Assembly (NCBI RefSeq): GCF_036971445.1
Contig: NC_091474.1
Span: forward strand, 152,892,001 to 152,956,000
Source: Narcine bancroftii
Taxonomy: Eukaryota
Reading direction: 5' to 3'
Length of the DNA stretch: 64,000 nucleotides
Translations under genes and position numbers: made by a program
Part shown: positions 57,165-64,000 of the stretch, piece by piece
Layout: the number at the start of each line of letters is the position of its first letter
Position numbering within the stretch: the first letter of the stretch is position 1
The notes under the pieces: model-generated
Seen by the model: the letters and a program-made list of their open reading frames with translations, nothing else
Database searches by the model: none
Told to the model about the DNA's origin: nothing

Positions 57165-57929
57165 ATCTCAGCTGCACCATTTCATCGGATGCAAGGATCG
57201 ACAACGAGATAGACAACAGACTCGCCAAGGCAAATAGCGCCTTTGGAAGACTACACAAAAGAGTCTGGAAAAACAACCAACTGACAAACCTCACAAAGAT
57301 AAGCGTATACAGAGCCGTTGTCATACCCACACTCCTGTTCGGCTCCGAATCATGGGTCCTCTTCCGGCATCACGCTTCCACCAGCGTTGTCTCTGCTCCA
57401 TCCTCAACATTCATTGGAGTGACTTCATCCCTAACGTCGAAGTACTTGAGATGGCAGAGGCCGACAGCATCGAATCCACGCTGCTGAAGATCCAACTGCG
57501 CTGGGTAGGTCACGTCTCCAGAATGGAGGACCATCGCCTCCCCAAGATCGTGTTATATGGCGAGCTCTCCACTGGCCATCGTGTCAGAGGTGCACCAAAG
57601 AAGAGGTACAAGGACTGCCTAAAGAAATCTCTTGGTGCCTGCCACATTGACCCCCGCCAGTGGGCTGATCTCGCCTCAAACCGTGCATCTTGGCGCCTCA
57701 CAGTTCGGCGGGCAGCAACCTCCTTTGAAGAAGACCGCAGAGCCCACCTCACTGACAAAAGACAAAGGAGGAAAAACCCAACGCCCAACCCCAACCAACC
57801 AATTTTCCCCTGCAACCGTGTCTACCTGTCCCGCATCGGACTTGTCAGCCACAAACGAGCCTGCAGCTGACGTGGACATTTACCCCTCCATAAATCTTCG
57901 TCCGCGAAGCCAAGCCAAAGAAAAGAAAA
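57165..57929 (+). mobile_element. RTE-clade LINE 3' fragment immediately upstream of the ANKRD66 promoter
   Basis: 9-bp TSD ATGATACCT (57156-57164 / 57930-57938); ORF 57352..57870. Confidence 0.93.
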
Positions 57930-58004
57930 ATGATACCTGCTAGTGGGTAAAAGAATGAGGATAGGTGATATGAATGAGTAGCTAAGGCAGTGGATACTGC
58001 TCTA

Positions 58005-58500
58005 AGTAATCCTTTACAGTACTTACCACAGAGCACCTATGGCAGTGGTTCTCAACTTTTTTTCTTTCCACTCACATACCACTTTAAGTAATCCCTTTGC
58101 TATTGGTGCTCTGTGATTAGTAAGGGATTGCTTAAGGTGGTATGTGAGTGGGAAGGGAAGGTTGAGAATCACTGCTCTTGACCCAATTGTTACTGAAATA
58201 TTTTGCTTGAGGAAAAATTGTCATTGGGCCATTTCCTTTGGAGTTATGAAACTGTACACACAATGAGTCATTGGGGTACAATTAAAATTTTTTCTTTCCA
58301 CCCACATACCAATTTAAGTAATCCCTTACTAATCTCAGAGGACGTGTGGCATAGGGAATACTTAAAGTGGTATGTGAGTGGAAAGAAAAAGGTTGAAAAC
58401 CACCGACCTATGGTATCCAATGTCATAGGTGCTCTGTGGTTTGTAAGGGATCACTTAAAGTAGTATGTGAGCAGGGGAAAAAAAAGGTTGAGGACACTGG
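58005..58500. mobile_element. Cluster of palindromic hAT-type MITEs
   Basis: CAGTGGTTCTCAAC...GTTGAGAATCACTG termini with internal inverted repeats; partial copies near 32300-32372 and 63775-63840. Confidence 0.75.
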
Positions 58501-58509
58501 TAAGGGGTG

Positions 58510-59210
58510 CAGAAGGGCTTTGAATTTCTGGATAATTGGGACCATCTCTGATGATCAAACCCCTTCCTACCATTGAGAACATCTACAGGGTATACTGCTG
58601 TCAGTGAGCAGCAGCAATCATCAAGGATCTGCACCACTCAGTTCTCTCTGCTGCCATCAGGAAAGAGGTATGTGTGCCACAAGACTTGCACCATTAGGTT
58701 CAGGAACAGCTATTACCCCTCCACCATCAGACTCCTCAACAGCAAACTCAATCAGGGAGTCCTTTAAGCACTTTTACTGTACTTTTGCACTTTGTTGATT
58801 TTTTTCCTCTCTGTATTACACAATTTGTTTATATTTCTTTATTTGTTTACATATGGGCATTAAGTACAGTTTTTCTTACACTATCAATAAGTGGTAATGC
58901 TGCATCGCCCACAGGAAAAATATCTCAGGGATATATGTGATATGTGTGTACTCTGGTCTGCTGAGGTAAGCACAAACTCAAAAGACTGCATTAAAAAAGG
59001 CTTTATTCCAGTAAAAGTCTGAACACCAGTTCAATCCTTGGTGGCTCCCCGTGTGACTGGCTCAGGAGGGGCCTGCTCAGGTTTATACTCAGGTCGGCTG
59101 ATTGGAGTGGAGTCAGCCCCTTAGGTGGTCTTTCTCAGATACAGAAATCACCCCCTGCTGTAGGCTGATAGTCGTATCACCACACTCTGACAATAAATCT
59201 GAACTTGAAA
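58510..59210 (+). mobile_element. Rex1/Babar 3' end with a short LTR-like insertion (about 58954-59184)
   Basis: PSGKRYVCHKTCTIRFRNSYYP; the tail gtactctgacaataaa is interrupted by a segment ending ATCACCACA. Confidence 0.75.
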
Positions 59211-59979
59211 GTATATAATGTACAACTTGTACGGTTGGGCCCCTGGACAAGAATATATTCAAATATCTTTGCAAGGTCCTTTACTAATGTAGGGAAGACT
59301 TTAAACTAGTTTGTCAAGGATTGGACCACAGAAAAGATGTACAATTGAGATGTATATGTACGGAATACCAAAGTATACTGACTGGTTGCATCACAGCCTG
59401 GTTTGGTATTTCATTATCTGTTAAAAACTCAGGAGGCTATAGTTGGTAACAAAATATAGCCAGTTTCGTTAAGAATCTGACCTCCCATTCACTGAAGCCA
59501 TCAATGTGAGGTGCTGACTCAAGAAGACAGTCAAATGCATAAAGGGTCTGGATCATCCTGGTCACAACCCCGTCTCACTTACCTGTGGATAAAAGGCACA
59601 GAAGCCTGAAGACAAGCATCTCTAGTTGAAGAATTGCTTATTTTTAACAGCTATCAGGCTTTCTTCTTTCCCTTGCAACCCTGATTGTGGACTGCTCAAA
59701 ATCGCAAAAGAGCTGTTGACACTTAACACCTCTTTTTTATGCACCTATGGTAACAATATTTATTAACTATCAGTTGTAATTATGATCTCTTTTTCAATTT
59801 AATTTAATACATACTATTGTAGTTTTTTTAATGATGTACCTGTTCAGCTACAGCAAGTAAGAATTTTTATGCATGTACATTATACAATGTATGTGACAAT
59901 AAACTCATTATCATCAGGAATGTCAGGAGCCAAGGCAAAATTGAGGAAGAGAGACTTGTTTCGTTAGTGTAAGGATTGT

Positions 59980-62900
59980 GAATTGGAAACTCCAATAAAC
60001 AGCAAGGGAGATAACCCTCAATGTCTGCAGTGTCAAATGCACTATGTAAATGCCTTGCAATACCTTGCAAATGTCAAGGCAGATGTGACTTTCATACAAG
60101 AGTGTGAGCTACCACACCTCAGGAATATTCAGATGTGGTTGTGATAATGAGCTGCTGGTATGATCGGGGGGAGGATGGGAAGGGATGATTGTCGTGCCTC
60201 CAGTCTGGGTATCTTGCTGCGGGGAGGCAAATTTGTCATCAATGAGGTTAAGGAGGTGGTTGGTGGATCTAAAGTACCTTGACACCCCGCACCACCTGGT
60301 CAATGTGTATGCCTTGCCCATGCAGAGTCAGAGGGTGGCCATTTTCTAGCAGCTCCCACCATTGCTGGCAATGTCATTGTGGTCAGTGACTTCCGCCTCA
60401 TCATCAATGCTACTGAATGATCCAGAAGTGCCAACATCAGATTGGACAGCTCCTCTAAACTCCTGATGGAATGGTAATGGACACACAGCTTCAGCTACCC
60501 TGGAGGTGGAGTATATCCACAGCCCAACTGGTCAACATTGGATGGCTCAACCCTGTCTCGGATAGACTTTCTCTTCATGTTGTAGGCCGTCAGTCAGAGC
60601 CATTGATGTCACACTGGTGTTTATCTCTGACCACTGTCTTCTTCGCACCTACAGAAGGACCAGAAGGTATGCAGGGGAATGTGGAACCTGAACATGACGT
60701 TGCTTCCCCAAAGAACATAGAGAAACTAATGAAGGAGTATGCTGGTTGGAAAGCTGTGAAACCCTTCTTTGATTTCCCCAATATACTGCTGGGAAGTGAC
60801 CAAGGAGAACATCAAAAGCAGGAATATCGGATATAGCCAATTACTCTGGGGGAGCTGACAGATCGCATCCATTCCTTTGGGTCGGAATAAGGCTGCCTGA
60901 AGCGATGTCCTGCTGGCTGAGTTGTACATAGTTCCATGGGACTGGGTACACCCAGACCTGCTGGAAGTATACAATGCTATGCTCCTGGCAAGCAGCATTT
61001 CAGATTCCATGAGGAAGAGCATCATTGCCTTCATCTTCAAACAGAATGGGGAGAGGGAGCATATCAGGAATTGGATATCATTGTTAAACATCGACTACAA
61101 AATCTCGTCCAAAGCCATCTCTAATCGAGTCAAGTCTATCATGGAGCAGGTGATCCATCCAGAGCAAACCTGTAAGGTTCTGGCAAGGAAGATCTCTGAC
61201 AACCTCGTGCAGTGATACCATAATCTATGTGAAGACCTGCCTGGTCAGCTTTACCAGGAAAAGGCTTTTGACTGGATATCACACATTTATATGATGGATG
61301 TGCTCTCCAAAATGGGCTTTGAAGAAGGAATCCGAAATGGAATTAAACTGTTCTACATGGACATCTGTAGTGCAGTCCAAATCAATAGGTGGGAAACAGA
61401 TAGCATCCCCATCAAATCTGGAGTCAGGCAGAGCAGAGGCTGTCTGCTCTCTCTCTCTCTCGAGTCTTATTTATGTGCTGCATAGAGCCCTTTGCTGAAT
61501 CCATCAGCAAGGATGAGGGCATAAGAGGAGTAACATTGCCAGGTAGTGGAGGCACTCACAGCAAGGCCTCCCTGTACATGGATGACATCGCCATCTTCTA
61601 TTTGGAGACGTGATCTGTCCACAAACTACATTGGGCACCAAGATAAACTGGAAAAAGAGGGAAGCAGTGCTCTTCAGTAACTCGTCTAATCAGTCCATTA
61701 TCCCCTTCACAGTCAGATCTGACTACCTGAAGGTGTTGTGGATCTGGTTTGGAGGGGCTGAGAAGTGCAACAAAAATTGGTCATAACAGATCGCAAAAGT
61801 CCACCAAAAACTAGGTCTGTGAATGCACAGCTCCCTCTCAATAATGGGGTGGAACTTGGTCATCAGATGCAATGCTCTCAGTACTGCTGTACGTGGTGCA
61901 GGTCTGGCCCTTCCCCCACACCTCTGCCCTGGCAACCATTAGAGCTTTCTTTTGGTTCATATGGTGATCTGAGATGGAAAGGGTTTGAAAGGCTGCCATG
62001 TATGTCACCAGAAAACAAGGGCAAGGGCATAACCAATGTGGCCCTCATCTTAATTACCACCTTTGTACGTGGCTGCATCAGGCTATGCATGGAACCAAAG
62101 TACAAGGATAACAAATGCTGCTAGGTGCTGAGGTTCTACTTGTCCCAGGTGTGGCGAAGGTTGGGCATTGCCACACCAGCTATCCTTTGTGGAAAAGTTT
62201 TTCCAGACAAACACCTTTGACACAAGTTCATTAGGCAATGATCAACACAGAAGTCCTGCAGACAATGGGAGAGAAGGACTCGATGACATGGTTCCCTGAG
62301 TAGACCGTCCAGATCATTAAGCAGAATGCCTCATTGCCAGTGCTCACAAACAAGCACCAAGACTTGGCCTGGCTGGCGGTGAGATGAGCCCTCCTGGTGA
62401 GAGGTTCGGTCCTTCCTGTACAGTATGTTGTCCTTGAGATGACTGTGGTGGAGTAGAAACAGTCTTTCACTTCTTTGCAGATTCACTAAGAGTGTATGGA
62501 GAAGGATGCAAGTGTACTTGTCATGGTTCATCCCCAGCAGCAGCGTGACAGAGGACTCTAATTTACGGGCTGTTCCCAGAGATGTACACAGACTCAGACA
62601 TTCCAGAACTGCTGGAAGATCATCAACTAGTTAAAAGATGGCATTTAGTCTACCCAAAACCTACTGGTCATTCAGCGCACAGAGACGCCGGTGAGGGAAT
62701 GCTGCCAGGTGAACGAGTACTTGCTGAGGGACAGGCTGAGGCTTGGTGCAGCCAATGAGAGGGCCCTGTGGGGAAGGACCACTCTCTAGATTCCTTCTGT
62801 CACTGGGTACTAAGGGGCTGAGACCAAGGAGAAGCCTCTAAAACAACAGAGGAAAAGGAACACCAAGATGCCACAGTGGTGGCAATGATGATAAATATAA

Positions 62901-63005
62901 AATGACTGTAACAATGTACAATGTATGGGTACGAAAGTAAGGGTGAGAAGAGACTTTGAACACTTTTTACAAATAAATGATCATGAATAAAGTCTATTTT
63001 TGGTT
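59980..63005 (+). mobile_element. Degenerate Tx1/L1-clade LINE (EN and RT)
   Basis: ORFs 60922..61215 (NWISLLNIDYKISSKAISNR) and 61291..61485 (IKSGVRQ); YMDD at about 61575; 3' AATAAAGTCTATTTT tail. Confidence 0.85.
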
Positions 63006-63049
63006 TCAAAATATATACATTCTTTTCTGAAGATGGCAGCACAGGTAAA

Positions 63050-63490
63050 TAGGTTTTCTTTTATCAGCTAGTGTATTCAATGTAAGAGCAGAAAGCTTCT
63101 GGTGCAATTTTATAAATCTTTGGCTCGGCTACAGCTAGAGAACTGTGTGCAATTTATGTTCCCCACTGGAGGAAGGATTTGATTGTATAGTGAAGGTCCT
63201 GGGGTTGTTTACCAGCATATTGCCTGAGATGGAGCAATTCAGCTATTCTATGAGTAGGGGCTGATTGATGGCCTTGCTTTTCTTGGATGGAAAGAGGCTG
63301 AGGGATGAGGGATACAAAATTATGGAGGCAGAAATAGTAAGAAATTTAATCCCATTGCAGAGATCGCTATAACCAAAGGACTTTTTAAAACAATTGAGTT
63401 AGAAGGTTGAGAGGATTTTTTTTTAAACACAGCAAGTGGTTAGAACCTGGAAGGCAGTGCTTATGGTAATGTTGGAGAAAGAGACACCAA
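63050..63490 (+). mobile_element. Old CR1 3' fragment
   Basis: Residual CR1 C-terminal nucleotide motifs. Confidence 0.55.
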
Positions 63491-64000
63491 TACCATTTAC
63501 AATAACATGCTGGAGAAACTCAGCAGATCACGCTAAAGGGTAACCAACGTTTCGGGCCTAAGCATCTTCATCAAGGGTTTGCACTACAATTTCTTCCTTT
63601 TTTAACACCAATAACATTTCAAAAGGATCCAGATAAGCACACACAGCCAAGGCATAGAAGGCTAGGGGCCAAGTAAATGATGGATGGAAAATAGGATTAA
63701 TATCAATGGGTATTTGATGATCATCATAAACATGATGGGCCAAAAGAGATCTTCCTGTGTGTATAATTCTATGCCAGTGGTTCTCAACCTTTTTCACTTA
63801 CATACCACCTTAAGTATTCCCTTACTAACCACAGAGCACCAATGGATGGAATGTGATGGAAAGATTTCATCTGATTGAACACAAGGCTGATGATCAACAC
63901 ATGGGAATATAAACACGTTGGAGTAAAAGATGGGCATCTCCAACAACTCAGCATTCTAGGATATAGAATATTCAGGTAGGATAGGTGGGCCATCTAAAAG

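Noticed and set aside
58005-58500. Repeated palindromic units resembling a CRISPR array or structured ncRNA
   Set aside because: Eukaryotic context, irregular spacing, hAT-type termini and dispersed copies indicate MITEs.

Overview
Eukaryotic, AT-rich, repeat-dense vertebrate genomic DNA. The repeat families (CR1, Rex1/Babar, RTE, L1/Tx1, Penelope, Gypsy, hAT, tRNA-type SINEs) suggest a cartilaginous fish; that assignment is inference. Two complete spliced genes were reconstructed by hand on the minus strand, all introns GT-AG with consistent phases. (1) Meprin A alpha (MEP1A): 14 coding exons, 44227->20616, 2115 nt, 704 aa, with signal, pro, astacin, MAM, MATH/TRAF, short I-domain with furin site, EGF and TM regions. 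(2) ANKRD66: 3 coding exons, 56634->52263, 597 nt, 198 aa, with a CpG-rich first exon and an RFX X-box beside the ATG. The ANKRD66->MEP1A tandem order matches tetrapods. Most other listed ORFs are transposon remnants. I find no evidence for a wholly new biological system. The best leads are a twin-primed, 5'-inverted RTE insertion that creates a 209-aa chimeric ORF with a hydrophobic leader, a dead partial copy of ANKRD66 exon 2, a motif-rich element past the MEP1A 3' end with candidate orphan exons further left, and repeated LTR insertion into Rex1/Babar remnants.
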